In this document: positions 1 to 9,068 of the stretch, in pieces
Layout of the letters: each line of letters starts with the position of its first letter
Numbering within the stretch: the stretch's first letter is position 1
From: a virus
Lineage: Duplodnaviria > Heunggongvirae > Uroviricota > Caudoviricetes
Strand: one strand, 5' to 3'
DNA: 64,000 bases
IMG/VR virus record: IMGVR_UViG_3300023371_000089
Coordinates: 1 to 64,000 of that record
Position numbers and translations under genes: made by a program
The notes under the pieces: model-generated
Told to the model about the DNA's origin: nothing
Databases searched by the model: none
Seen by the model: the letters and a program-made list of their open reading frames with translations, nothing else

Positions 1-189
1 AACCTTCAGGGAGCGCAGCCAACATCTTCTCGTATGCAGGCTTAAGTACCGCTTCATTAACACAAACATAGCCGTTTTCCTCTCTGCGAGACCAAAGGCA
101 ATTAATGCACATCTTCTTTAAACCATATGCGTTAGGGCACTTACCCTCTACAAGTTCGCTTCCGCAAATAACACAAAATTCACTCATAT
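1..189 (-). CDS. Small Cys-rich zinc-ribbon protein. The ATG is at 189 and the gene runs off the left window edge, so it is partial.
   Basis: Reverse-complement translation gives MSEFCVICGSELVEGKCPNAYGLKKMCINCLWSRREENGYVCVNEAVLKPAYEKMLAALPEG with no stop before position 1. It carries a CxxC...C...CxxC pattern. The conserved promoter element lies immediately upstream. Confidence 0.5.
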
Positions 190-245
190 TAAATCTATTT
201 TTTAAATTATCGAAAATATACTACAAATATCATACCAAATTATTA
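185..245 (-). promoter_or_regulatory. Conserved ~60-bp early promoter/leader element, copy 1, directly upstream of the ATG at 189.
   Basis: It is near-identical to 754-815 (about 50 of 50 bp identical, then divergent). The reverse complement reads ATTTGGTATGATATTTGTAGTATATTTTCGATAATTTAAAAAATAGATTTAAT followed by ATG, with TTTG and TATATTTT boxes that resemble the Bacteroidota -33 and -7 elements. Confidence 0.5.
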
Positions 246-334
246 ATATCATTAATTTCAAAAATTGTTATCAACTAAAGTCATGTTTTTACCCATTCTA
301 TATATTAGTGATTTTATATTAGTTAAATTTTGTT

Positions 335-757
335 TCATAAGTATAACACTTTTATTTCCAAATTATTCATGTTTTTTAAAAATCTATCACTTTCTTCAAT
401 CGCCAATTTTATTCGTTCAGTTTTTTCATTACATAATAGTAAAATATTATATTGTGTTTGTAAAATATTTTTACATTTCACTGTCAATTCTTTTACTTTT
501 TGCTCATTAACAAATTCACTAAATACGGATAAAATTATATTTTCAGCAATTTCAATATCAGAGTCGCCATCCTCTTTAGCATATTTTTTAACAATATTAA
601 TGCCATTCAAAATATATTCTTCACATTCTGATATAATGCTTTCGCATAAAGCAATATTGTCTACAATAAAACGGCCTTCAGAGTCTGCAATAATTCCATG
701 TTTATTAAACATAAAGGCATGATATCCATGGCATTTCACATAATATTTTTTCTCCAT
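335..757 (-). CDS. Hypothetical protein, 140 aa.
   Basis: ORF with a TGA stop. The ATG is immediately preceded by the second copy of the conserved promoter element. No recognisable domain. Confidence 0.5.
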   Translation of the reverse strand: MEKKYYVKCHGYHAFMFNKHGIIADSEGRFIVDNIALCESIISECEEYILNGINIVKKYAKEDGDSDIEIAENIILSVFSEFVNEQKVKELTVKCKNILQTQYNILLLCNEKTERIKLAIEESDRFLKNMNNLEIKVLYL

Positions 758-815
758 ATTAAATCTATTTTTTAAATTATCGAAAATATACTACAAATAT
801 CATGCCAAAAATTCT
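754..815 (-). promoter_or_regulatory. Conserved ~60-bp early promoter/leader element, copy 2.
   Basis: Direct repeat of 185-245, with the same sequence upstream of the ATG at 757. Confidence 0.5.
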
Positions 816-820
816 TAATA

Positions 821-1360
821 TTAAGAAACTCGTTCCCAATTAAGTTCATAGTCTAGACACTTATATGTACCTGGTTGTAGTCCACCCTTCATACAGAATT
901 CATGAACAAGGCTCTCAATGAATACAAGATTCTCCACAATATACTCATAAAGCCCATACATATATTCCTCAAGTTCCTCAGGGTAACGTCTTCCTGTTGG
1001 CTCTAATTCTGTGCCGGGAATAGCCTCACCCCATTTTCCTATAATAAGAGCAACATCTTCAAGGACATAAGTTCCGCCGAAAAGGTTATATTGGTCAATT
1101 GCCCAACCTATATGTGAGTGGGGGTTGAACTCATTGATTTCTTCCATAAGAACCTCGTTCTCCTTCATATAAAAATCCCATTCATCATGTTTTGTGGATA
1201 ACTTATTTTCAGGTTCCATTTTATCAACAAGATTAAGACGCCTTACAGTCCTCTTAAGTTGTGCAAGTTTTTCTTTATCATCGAAATCAAACGCTTCCAC
1301 CTTAATTGCTGAAATTAGTTTCAAGTGGTCTTCGGTTAATGTAATCTTTTTTACTGCCAT
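821..1360 (-). CDS. Hypothetical protein, 179 aa.
   Basis: Long ORF inside a tightly packed minus-strand block. No recognisable motif. Confidence 0.5.
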   Translation of the reverse strand: MAVKKITLTEDHLKLISAIKVEAFDFDDKEKLAQLKRTVRRLNLVDKMEPENKLSTKHDEWDFYMKENEVLMEEINEFNPHSHIGWAIDQYNLFGGTYVLEDVALIIGKWGEAIPGTELEPTGRRYPEELEEYMYGLYEYIVENLVFIESLVHEFCMKGGLQPGTYKCLDYELNWERVS

Positions 1361-1415
1361 AATTTTCTATGATTTTATACTAATAATATAAAAAAATGTT
1401 ACACAAATGTCAATG

Positions 1416-2207
1416 TTATTGCTTCAAAAGCAATTTTTGACTTATGAAATCTGAAAATTTGACTTTAGTCTCCCCATTGGTTAAACAAAGTTCATTCAGT
1501 TTGAACTTTACCTTTCCATCTTTATAACACCATCTAACTTCACCTGTATTATGAAGATGATTATAATCGTATATCATGAAAATGATATCTCGTTTAGGAA
1601 GATGCGGGTGCTGTTTCACAAACTCATCCAGAAGATACTGTTTATTGAAAAAATTTGCTCTATCGTTTTTTAAAGAAATGTTCTTATTACCTAAAAAAGT
1701 CGATATCGGTTTAACCTGTATATATTCTTTAACAACACCATCTTTTTTAACTATGAGGTCAACGCCATATTCAGAATCCATCACACCATATGTTTCTTCA
1801 ACATCATAACCTTTCTCAGAAAGAATCTTTACCAATTCTTTCTCAGGTTTATGACCATCAAAAGTTTCAATGATGACATGGCAAATAATATCATCAAAAA
1901 ATTCTTCCAAAGTAAATGTGTCGTCATTAACAAGTTCTTTATAACGTCCGGCCAGCATTTGAAGATGCTCTATTGAACGTCCGTATTCTTTATCCCCCTT
2001 TAAATTCTTTGGAATATAATTGGGGGTCGGTAGATAAGTTGTGTATTTATCGAAGAAATCCTGATATGAAATAGGTTTTAATTTAGCGTATAATTTGCTA
2101 TTATCCCCCACATATGGTTTAGGGGCGATATTATCTTTATATATCTGATTATATTTTGCCAACTTTTTTTTCAGATTCTGATAATACTCAACACTTTTAA
2201 GAATCAT
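1416..2207 (-). CDS. Hypothetical protein, 263 aa.
   Basis: Long ORF with coherent strand and spacing. Confidence 0.5.
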   Translation of the reverse strand: MILKSVEYYQNLKKKLAKYNQIYKDNIAPKPYVGDNSKLYAKLKPISYQDFFDKYTTYLPTPNYIPKNLKGDKEYGRSIEHLQMLAGRYKELVNDDTFTLEEFFDDIICHVIIETFDGHKPEKELVKILSEKGYDVEETYGVMDSEYGVDLIVKKDGVVKEYIQVKPISTFLGNKNISLKNDRANFFNKQYLLDEFVKQHPHLPKRDIIFMIYDYNHLHNTGEVRWCYKDGKVKFKLNELCLTNGETKVKFSDFISQKLLLKQ

Positions 2208-2222
2208 ATTATTTCAAATAAT

Positions 2223-2948
2223 TTAGTGTTTATTTGGCACGTATCTTCCATATTTTTCCAATGCCTTCTCTCGTGCCTCTTCAAAAAGTTCACCTGAGCA
2301 TTCAGTAAACTTATAGTATTCTTCAACATCACATCCCAAATATAAGTTACCATCATCACCAAGATGAAACATATTCTCAGAAGCAATATTCATTTCTGTT
2401 TGTGTTGTTAAACAACAAAATTTATAATCTTCCTCCGTTTGTTCCTGCAACCATATATAATCCTGAGGCATCCATTCGCCATCAAAACTTTTATCATATC
2501 TCTCATATAAAAACTGATATGACTCAAATTCTTGGACACATGGTAAACCAACAACCTGTATGACCGAACCTAAAGAATCACATTTAAATGTTTTTCCCAA
2601 AAGATAATCAAATTCTTCCCTTCTAACATTGAAGAACGAATCATTGTCATCGGATATCATAACAATATCTGTTTCAGCCTGTGGTTCAATATTGTCATAA
2701 AAATCAGTACTAGGAGAAAGATAAAAACCTGTCAACACATACTTACCCTTATCAAGATAGCCTTTAGGGACAAAATGCATCTTCCCACAAGATTCCTCGA
2801 TAAGTCTAACAACATCATCGTTAATAATTTTTATAACGCCGATGGCATCACTTAAACATGTAATGTGTGGGTCATGCACATCAGAATCAATTAAAAATTC
2901 GTTTTTCTTATCCACCATAAACAACCATTGTATTATTATCCCAATCAA
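2223..2948 (-). CDS. Hypothetical protein, 241 aa.
   Basis: Long ORF that overlaps the next gene by 41 nt. Confidence 0.45.
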   Translation of the reverse strand: MIGIIIQWLFMVDKKNEFLIDSDVHDPHITCLSDAIGVIKIINDDVVRLIEESCGKMHFVPKGYLDKGKYVLTGFYLSPSTDFYDNIEPQAETDIVMISDDNDSFFNVRREEFDYLLGKTFKCDSLGSVIQVVGLPCVQEFESYQFLYERYDKSFDGEWMPQDYIWLQEQTEEDYKFCCLTTQTEMNIASENMFHLGDDGNLYLGCDVEEYYKFTECSGELFEEAREKALEKYGRYVPNKH

Positions 2949-3459
2949 ATGTCTTATAAATAAAAATCATATCAAAAATGGCAAACTTATACATCCATGA
3001 ACTACTTACGAGTTTTCTATCAGATAAATCAATATTGAAATAGTGCCTTTCACCATCATCTCCTAAATAACTACTCTCCCATTCTCTAATTTCATGCTCC
3101 CATTCCTTTACCAATTCAACAGTAAACCAATGCTTTGAAAATTCTTTTTCCTCAGGATGCTGATATAAGTCAAGAGATGCTTTCATATAATCAATTATCC
3201 TCTGTCTGTATTCAAGAATAATCATCTTGAATCCTTCTTTGGTTATTGAATACACATCAACATCATCATGTTCGAACAAGCATTTGATTTCTTTTTGAAA
3301 ATCTTCATTCTCCCCTTTTAGTTTAAGCCAAAATTCAGTACCGTTGTTATGACAAATTACCTCGCCGTTAATTTCAAACCACGGATAACCGTTATCTTCT
3401 TCAACTTTTATTATCGGTTCATCCTTATCCGCTTTATACCAATTAACCCTCCAACCCAT
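2908..3459 (-). CDS. Hypothetical protein, 183 aa.
   Basis: Long ORF with a short overlap onto its neighbours. Confidence 0.45.
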   Translation of the reverse strand: MGWRVNWYKADKDEPIIKVEEDNGYPWFEINGEVICHNNGTEFWLKLKGENEDFQKEIKCLFEHDDVDVYSITKEGFKMIILEYRQRIIDYMKASLDLYQHPEEKEFSKHWFTVELVKEWEHEIREWESSYLGDDGERHYFNIDLSDRKLVSSSWMYKFAIFDMIFIYKTFDWDNNTMVVYGG

Positions 3460-3706
3460 ATGTTCCTAAAAGTTCTTCTATTATTTTTTTATCAATTGCA
3501 TCCGAAATATTTTTTGTCTGTTCGTTAAGAATATCATTCTCTATTGTTTTTTTCCATTCAGCATCCGGGACATATTGTTTTACAAGATAACAATGAATTA
3601 CAGATTGCCCGTTACAATAACGCTGAAATTCGTCTCCTTCATTTCTACAACCTTTACAATGTTCTTTTCTTAACTTTTTGACAAAATCAGTCTCTGTGTA
3701 TATCAT
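3443..3706 (-). CDS. Small Cys/His-rich (zinc-finger-like) protein, 87 aa.
   Basis: Sequence includes ...HCKGCRNEGDEFQRYCNGQSVIHC... Confidence 0.45.
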   Translation of the reverse strand: MIYTETDFVKKLRKEHCKGCRNEGDEFQRYCNGQSVIHCYLVKQYVPDAEWKKTIENDILNEQTKNISDAIDKKIIEELLGTYGLEG

Positions 3707-3714
3707 AATTTTTT

Positions 3715-4281
3715 TTATAATTGAAATTTCGTGTTTATATAAAAAATATCTCCCTGTGGAGGTGAAAAAGGTTTCACAGCAATTTCATCGTATTTAGGGA
3801 ATCTAAATTGTACAATTGGATAATATCTTTGTTTTTCATTGTTTGTTGTGTCGGAATACAATTTATCAGTTTCTATTTTATTTAACAAATCATATTCCTT
3901 TTCAACCTTAAACTCCACAGTACCGTCTTTTTTGACACCTCTAAGATACTTTACCCAATCCACTGTGCATTCTTCCACCGATTCATAGCCATAGTCACCA
4001 ACTAATCTTGCTGTATTGATATGATTGGATTTTTCGAACTTCTCCCTTTCTTCTTTAAAAACTCGCTCAAGTTTTTCTTTTGTTTCACTGTTCGTTACAA
4101 ACGAATAATATGGTCTGCACTTTTGAGGAATCTTGGATAACGCATCATCTATTGCCTTCCGACATTCAGCACAATAATACATTGAACAACCTTCCTCAGT
4201 ACCATACTCAGGGCCATTACCATATGTACAATATGTGTATTCTTTTTGACAATGTTTACATCTTAATCTGAAATGCTGCAT
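3715..4281 (-). CDS. Zinc-ribbon protein, 188 aa.
   Basis: N-terminal CKHC...C..YC..C...C pattern: MQHFRLRCKHCQKEYTYCTYGNGPEYGTEEGCSMYYCAECRKA. Confidence 0.5.
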   Translation of the reverse strand: MQHFRLRCKHCQKEYTYCTYGNGPEYGTEEGCSMYYCAECRKAIDDALSKIPQKCRPYYSFVTNSETKEKLERVFKEEREKFEKSNHINTARLVGDYGYESVEECTVDWVKYLRGVKKDGTVEFKVEKEYDLLNKIETDKLYSDTTNNEKQRYYPIVQFRFPKYDEIAVKPFSPPQGDIFYINTKFQL

Positions 4282-4285
4282 ACTA

Positions 4286-4729
4286 TTAATCTACATTTAC
4301 ACTCAAATTATATAAATCAGCAAAATCATTAATAACAGTTTCTATGTATTCCCTTCTTCTGTGATAATGAAGTTGATTGTTAATATCATATTCACAATAC
4401 TTATTACCGCTTCTCTCGTATAGCCATCCTCTTAATTCTTGAATTTCATGGGCTTCTCTAATGAATTCCCCATAGTCAAAACTGTCATCATTCCTTTTAG
4501 ATTCCAAAAAACGTGTAATACCCTCCACACAAGGCAATACTTTTATTTCAGAACACCATAGTCCCTTGGTGTTTTCATGTTCGGATTTTTTTTGATAAAA
4601 CTCAATATCAAACATCACATCCCTATTCCCATAATATATTTGATATACCATAACTTTACTCTGTTTTTTTATTTTGTTCATTTGCATATTCATACCCTTG
4701 AATGAACATCTCATAGCAAAGCGATTCAA
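4286..4729 (-). CDS. Hypothetical protein. The start is uncertain, with alternative internal ATGs at 4693, 4681 and 4651.
   Basis: As drawn, the ORF overlaps the upstream gene by 74 nt, so a shorter start is probably correct. Confidence 0.4.
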   Translation of the reverse strand: MNRFAMRCSFKGMNMQMNKIKKQSKVMVYQIYYGNRDVMFDIEFYQKKSEHENTKGLWCSEIKVLPCVEGITRFLESKRNDDSFDYGEFIREAHEIQELRGWLYERSGNKYCEYDINNQLHYHRRREYIETVINDFADLYNLSVNVD

Positions 4730-5081
4730 TTATATCGGCAATTTCTCCTGCTTTTCTTTGATTTTCCATATACTTTGCCCTATACTCTCTCGCACCTCTC
4801 ATTCTATCGTCAATTGGATATATTTTATTTACTATCGTTTCCTTTACATCATGAAGTTTTGTCTCAAGATTTATATCATAAGGTAACTGAAGTTCATAAA
4901 ACTCTTTATTAAGAATATCGATACAATCTTTATAAGCCTTTATTTGTGATTTCCTATCAGTAAAAGGACAGGACAATAAATCATTTTCTAAGAAACCAAT
5001 ACGATTCAATATAACAGTTTTCATCTGTTCTGCCCTGAAATCATTTTGCAGCCGTTCACTCAATATTTCTTTTACATTCAT
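4656..5081 (-). CDS. Hypothetical protein, 141 aa.
   Basis: Long ORF. Confidence 0.45.
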   Translation of the reverse strand: MNVKEILSERLQNDFRAEQMKTVILNRIGFLENDLLSCPFTDRKSQIKAYKDCIDILNKEFYELQLPYDINLETKLHDVKETIVNKIYPIDDRMRGAREYRAKYMENQRKAGEIADIIESLCYEMFIQGYEYANEQNKKTE

Positions 5082-5088
5082 ATTACTT

Positions 5089-5304
5089 TTATAGTTTAAT
5101 CATTTGTTTATCAAAACATCCATAATCAATGTTTGAACCATCATATTCCCCCCATTCATCCTCCCATTCACTTGCCCAAGCTTCATATTCCCAAGGCATT
5201 TCATTTTTAATAAAATCAATTGCATCATTATAGTTTTTATCTATAACAATTTTATGCTCAATGTCACCTGAACCTGTTTTTAATACATAACTATAAATTT
5301 CCAT
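5089..5304 (-). CDS. Small protein whose N-terminus resembles methyltransferase motif I and the following helix. It may be the detached C-terminal fragment of the upstream methyltransferase-like gene.
   Basis: YVLKTGSGDIEHKIVIDKNYNDAIDFIKNEM resembles FxGSGTT....hiGiE...Y...a..Rl. It sits 25 bp downstream of the methyltransferase-like ORF at 5330-6139. Confidence 0.3.
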   Translation of the reverse strand: MEIYSYVLKTGSGDIEHKIVIDKNYNDAIDFIKNEMPWEYEAWASEWEDEWGEYDGSNIDYGCFDKQMIKL

Positions 5305-5329
5305 AATTAACTACTTTTAATTTTTATTA

Positions 5330-6139
5330 TTACTTTACCTCCCAAACTTTACCTTCAAGTTCCTGATTTTCACAATTCTCTAAAATGTTAAAAAGGTTTG
5401 TCTTCTTAGCCTTCTTCTCATTCTTTTCAAAAACCCAAAATGTTGAAGTATATTTTCTTGCATGCTGTTGTGCCTTGTACTTACCTGCAGAAATTAGTCT
5501 TGCTTTTGCTTCAAGAATAAACTCATCCTTAACATAAAAACCAAGTTTCTGAGCAGACATGAATGCAAATGGTACAGCCCAAATTTCCAAGCCACCCGAA
5601 ACTGTTGATTGCATTTTAAAAACACAGATTCCTCCGGGTTTAAGGACTCTATAAGCCTCTTTAATCCACCAATATTCATTTTCCATAAGTTCACCCACAG
5701 GATAAAAGGATGAAAATCTCTTGGCTATCAATGATGAACCTTCTTTGTTATTAACAACACTTGGACAAGCCTTAGGAGAAATCACAAATGGAAGGTCAAT
5801 GACAATTGATTCGATGCTTTCATCTTCCAACGGAAGTTTTTCAAATGGGGTGATTTTACCAACCCTATCAAACTGAGGGAATACATCAAAAAGGTACTTT
5901 GGTTCAGGAATATGATATTCTTCACCTTTTCTATCTTCATAGAATTTCAATGTCGAGGCCGTAATATCACAATCAAATGGTTTACCACCGTTATGCAGTG
6001 TCATAATATTATACAATATCTCTTTTTGGTCATAAGAAATATTGCGTATAATCGTACTGTTATTAAACTCTTCTTTTGTAAGTCTTGCGTTATCTTCCAT
6101 ATATTTAAATTTTGTGCAAATATAGGTTTTTTTCTCCAA
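5330..6139 (-). CDS. Degenerate, possibly fractured beta-class (N6A/N4C, PF01555-like) DNA methyltransferase-like protein.
   Basis: It has a motif-IV-like IVIDLPFV in place of DPPY, then WIKEAYRVLKPGGICVF (the hallmark RVLKPGGs), then TFWVFEKN (like IIWxKxN). The C-terminal FxGSGTT motif I is absent from this ORF. Confidence 0.35.
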   Translation of the reverse strand: MEKKTYICTKFKYMEDNARLTKEEFNNSTIIRNISYDQKEILYNIMTLHNGGKPFDCDITASTLKFYEDRKGEEYHIPEPKYLFDVFPQFDRVGKITPFEKLPLEDESIESIVIDLPFVISPKACPSVVNNKEGSSLIAKRFSSFYPVGELMENEYWWIKEAYRVLKPGGICVFKMQSTVSGGLEIWAVPFAFMSAQKLGFYVKDEFILEAKARLISAGKYKAQQHARKYTSTFWVFEKNEKKAKKTNLFNILENCENQELEGKVWEVK

Positions 6140-6174
6140 AAGACAAAACTATTTATTAAAAAATAAGTTAAGTC

Positions 6175-6606
6175 ATGTGGGGAATTTTAAAACAAATATT
6201 CTTTATTATATGGCAGTTACCACAGGTACTTGTCGCATTGGTAATGTGGCCATTTCTTGGAAAGAAAAAACTGATTAGAAAAGAAAACTACTGTTGGATT
6301 TATGAATGTGAGGCGATGAGAGGTGGTATTTCTTTGGGTTGTTTCATTTATCTTTCCCCAAGTTGCGCCAAAAGAGAAACAACAATACGCCATGAATTGG
6401 GACATGTAAAACAAAGCCATTACCTTGGGGTTTTATACTTGCTTATTATAGGCCTCCCAAGTATATTATGGGCTTGGTTAGGAGATGACAATAAATGCTA
6501 TTTTTCGTTCTACACAGAATCTTGGGCAAATAAACTTATGGAGTTGGAAGTTCGAAGTAACGGACGAAGATGTTATCTCTATCTACCAAAAGAAAAGGAT
6601 GCTTAA
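6175..6606 (+). CDS. Small membrane protein with an HExxH motif (candidate membrane metallopeptidase-like). It is the lone plus-strand gene in the early block.
   Basis: Hydrophobic N-terminus (FFIIWQLPQVLVALVMWPF), the motif TTIRHELGHVKQSH, and a second hydrophobic segment LGVLYLLIIGLPSILWAWL. Confidence 0.4.
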   Translation: MWGILKQIFFIIWQLPQVLVALVMWPFLGKKKLIRKENYCWIYECEAMRGGISLGCFIYLSPSCAKRETTIRHELGHVKQSHYLGVLYLLIIGLPSILWAWLGDDNKCYFSFYTESWANKLMELEVRSNGRRCYLYLPKEKDA

Positions 6607-6622
6607 TTTAAGCATCCTTTTC
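6593..6622. terminator. Bidirectional rho-independent terminator between convergent genes.
   Basis: aaaaggatgctt-aattt-aagcatcctttt: a 10-bp perfect stem flanked by an A-run and a T-run. Confidence 0.6.
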
Positions 6623-7066
6623 TGTATACTCAACGTTTAAAATTAAAGGGGAGGTATCAGCATAATCAAAATGAAGTAGATTTGATAAATCCACTCGGTG
6701 AAAACACATGTCTTCAAATTTTCTTTTTCTTACAACTTTTCCACAAGGGTCTAACAAAAGGAATTCAAAAGTAGTTAAAACATCTTGATTATTTTCAAAT
6801 TCAGAAATAATTGCATCAATATCATCTTCCGTACCAAGACTAATACCAAATTTTAAAGATGCATTCCCAAAACTAACACTAGTTATCCTTAATTCAGGTA
6901 TTTCCATTCCCTTGGTTGTTCTTAACAACCATCTATGGTGCGTTAAAAAAAAATTATTTTCATTTTTTCCAATTTTTAATGATTCCATTTTTTTTAATTT
7001 AACATTTATTATGGATTGGCATATCAGGTTTAAGATATTGAAAACCCTTTCGCTTTTCCGTCTCAA
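6608..7066 (-). CDS. Hypothetical protein, 152 aa.
   Basis: Long ORF. Confidence 0.45.
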   Translation of the reverse strand: MRRKSERVFNILNLICQSIINVKLKKMESLKIGKNENNFFLTHHRWLLRTTKGMEIPELRITSVSFGNASLKFGISLGTEDDIDAIISEFENNQDVLTTFEFLLLDPCGKVVRKRKFEDMCFHRVDLSNLLHFDYADTSPLILNVEYTEKDA

Positions 7067-7274
7067 TCAAACGTAGAAATGTTTGCTGATATTCCGCTGA
7101 AAGGAGCCCTCCATTATAATACACACAACCGTGTACCACTGAAATTTCCATACCCGCAGGGACTGCCATGTTTCCAAAACCCCATTCTTTCTTAAAAACA
7201 TATTTCTCAACATCGTTTATGCTACTCTTAGGGGCAAATGTATATGTCTTTATTCCGTTATTTTCCGTTACCAT
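6999..7274 (-). CDS. Hypothetical protein, 91 aa.
   Basis: ORF in the same operon-like array. Confidence 0.35.
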   Translation of the reverse strand: MVTENNGIKTYTFAPKSSINDVEKYVFKKEWGFGNMAVPAGMEISVVHGCVYYNGGLLSAEYQQTFLRLIETEKRKGFQYLKPDMPIHNKC

Positions 7275-7294
7275 TGTTCAAAAATATTTTAATA

Positions 7295-7759
7295 TTATTT
7301 TGTATATTGAATTCGATAAGTAGTACCTTTTGCAGCCATATTATATGAATCCACTAACATTTCAGTGACTTTTTTCCACTTATCCTCAGCTTCACTGAAA
7401 TTACGTTGTTTTATCCCCATAAAAATCTCACTCTGAATTGTGGCCAACTGTGCGTAAAGAATATTAAGCGGCGAATAATAGTCATCAATCTCAACAGACC
7501 CTTCACAATCTACACTAAATGTGGTCTCCCACTCTTTTGGAGTATTTTTAAGTTCTTTATAAGACTCAAACTTGGCATATCTTTCAGCCATATCACGTTC
7601 AAATGGGCTCTCCTTTGCTTTAATATCATCTAAAATTTCTTTAACACGCTTAGAATCGCTGTCAGTCCATTTGATTTTCAAACTGTTAACCTTTTTCTCT
7701 TCATTAGCCTTGATGTATTCATTCATCCTGCGTATAAGTTCAATATCGTAATTGTCCAT
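7295..7759 (-). CDS. Hypothetical protein, 154 aa.
   Basis: Long ORF. Confidence 0.45.
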   Translation of the reverse strand: MDNYDIELIRRMNEYIKANEEKKVNSLKIKWTDSDSKRVKEILDDIKAKESPFERDMAERYAKFESYKELKNTPKEWETTFSVDCEGSVEIDDYYSPLNILYAQLATIQSEIFMGIKQRNFSEAEDKWKKVTEMLVDSYNMAAKGTTYRIQYTK

Positions 7760-7813
7760 AATTAAAAACTTTTTCTATAAAAAGATAATTCTATTAAATA
7801 GTTTTGTAAATAA

Positions 7814-8707
7814 TTAATCGTGTATTAATGGTTTTAATTCTCTGTTTTTCAACGCTTCTTTAAGTGTGGCAACAAATTCCTCAAGATTAATCTTATCGTA
7901 TGTACCATCAGGCTTAAGCCATAATATTCTTCGAGCAATGACTTTCAGCCCAACCTTTTCGAGACAATTCTGATATAAAGAAAGTTGTAACTTATATAAG
8001 TTCAAAGGCATGTCCAACAATTCTTCAAACGGTACAAGTAACTTCTTTTCTTTGAAATTCTTATAAAGATTCGCATTTGTCTTCCAATCCATTACTATAA
8101 GCCCACTTTTGTCAGGTTTCTTGCCTTCCAACTCCGCATCATAATAAAAAAGAATATCAAATGTCCCCGAATAACCCAAATCAGCGTCATATACCTTTGT
8201 TTCTGCCATAATAGGAATAATGCACTCCGGAATATCCTCATAGAATTTCACAACAGCCTCCTCCTTAGGGTCATAAGCAACAAACCCCCCATCTTCAGTT
8301 AACCTATTCTTATAATCAGGGAGAATCTTATCATGTTGCCCTATCATATAATAAAAACAAGATTCCCCAAATTCATGCCTAAATGTACCCGTTGTACATG
8401 CTTCATTGCTTATTTTTTTCCATGATGCCAAAATTTCATCGGCTGTCATTCCATAATACTTGGACTTAGGATTATTGAAGTTGCGTTCATAAGTCTCCTG
8501 TGCCTTTATCTTAGAATCAAAATGTTCTTGAAAAAGGTGGGTTACATCTGAAACACAAGTCATTGGCTTTCCGTTAAGGAAATATTTATGTCCATCTTCA
8601 ATAAAGACAAGCCCATTAAATGAACTGCGTATTTTCTCTCTTATTTCTTCATATTTCGGGTTATCCCAAATCCCCTCCCATTTATTGTTTCTATATAACG
8701 TTCTCAT
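7814..8707 (-). CDS. PD-(D/E)XK nuclease, RecB/Cas4/YqaJ-like.
   Basis: Motifs GTFDILFYYD (D), LIVMDWKT (D/E-x-K) and YKLQLSLYQ (the QhxxY motif of RecB-family nucleases). Confidence 0.5.
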   Translation of the reverse strand: MRTLYRNNKWEGIWDNPKYEEIREKIRSSFNGLVFIEDGHKYFLNGKPMTCVSDVTHLFQEHFDSKIKAQETYERNFNNPKSKYYGMTADEILASWKKISNEACTTGTFRHEFGESCFYYMIGQHDKILPDYKNRLTEDGGFVAYDPKEEAVVKFYEDIPECIIPIMAETKVYDADLGYSGTFDILFYYDAELEGKKPDKSGLIVMDWKTNANLYKNFKEKKLLVPFEELLDMPLNLYKLQLSLYQNCLEKVGLKVIARRILWLKPDGTYDKINLEEFVATLKEALKNRELKPLIHD

Positions 8708-9068
8708 TCTTAATCTTTTGAATTTTTTCTTTTATCAACCGTTTTTCAAGTTTTGACTTTATGATGTCAGCATGGCAACTGAGAGGTTTACAGAAGCAAC
8801 CGAGATAGACATCCTCACCACTTTTGTAAATCTCATATATCTCATCAATCGCTTTGGTATAAGCAATGTTGGAACCATACATGATGTCAAAATAATCCGA
8901 ATAACGGTCAATAGCCTCTTCCCTGTCTTTTACCACATATATCGCTTTTGTCTTACGGTCCTTTATATGTGTGTAGGGATTACCTAAAACAGAGCCCCGT
9001 CCAACATAAAAACTATTTGGGCCATTATGCGTTTCCACTCTTAAATTATAAACGTATATCATATGCAA
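8691..9068 (-). CDS. DUF4326-like protein.
   Basis: N-terminal IYVYNLR...FYVGRGSVLGNPYTHI matches the conserved YVGRG...GNP core of DUF4326. This assignment is from memory of the family. Confidence 0.4.
   Translation of the reverse strand: MHMIYVYNLRVETHNGPNSFYVGRGSVLGNPYTHIKDRKTKAIYVVKDREEAIDRYSDYFDIMYGSNIAYTKAIDEIYEIYKSGEDVYLGCFCKPLSCHADIIKSKLEKRLIKEKIQKIKNENVI

Noticed and set aside
265-722. Plus-strand ORFs at 265-510 and 330-722, and many other 60-130-aa ORFs antisense to long genes (for example 35563-35766, 38016-38255, 43364-43768, 59111-59326)
   Set aside because: They fall entirely inside longer, domain-bearing ORFs on the opposite strand. Their composition is Leu/Ile/Phe-rich or Ser/Arg-rich, which is typical of antisense reading of AT-rich genes. 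They are spurious.
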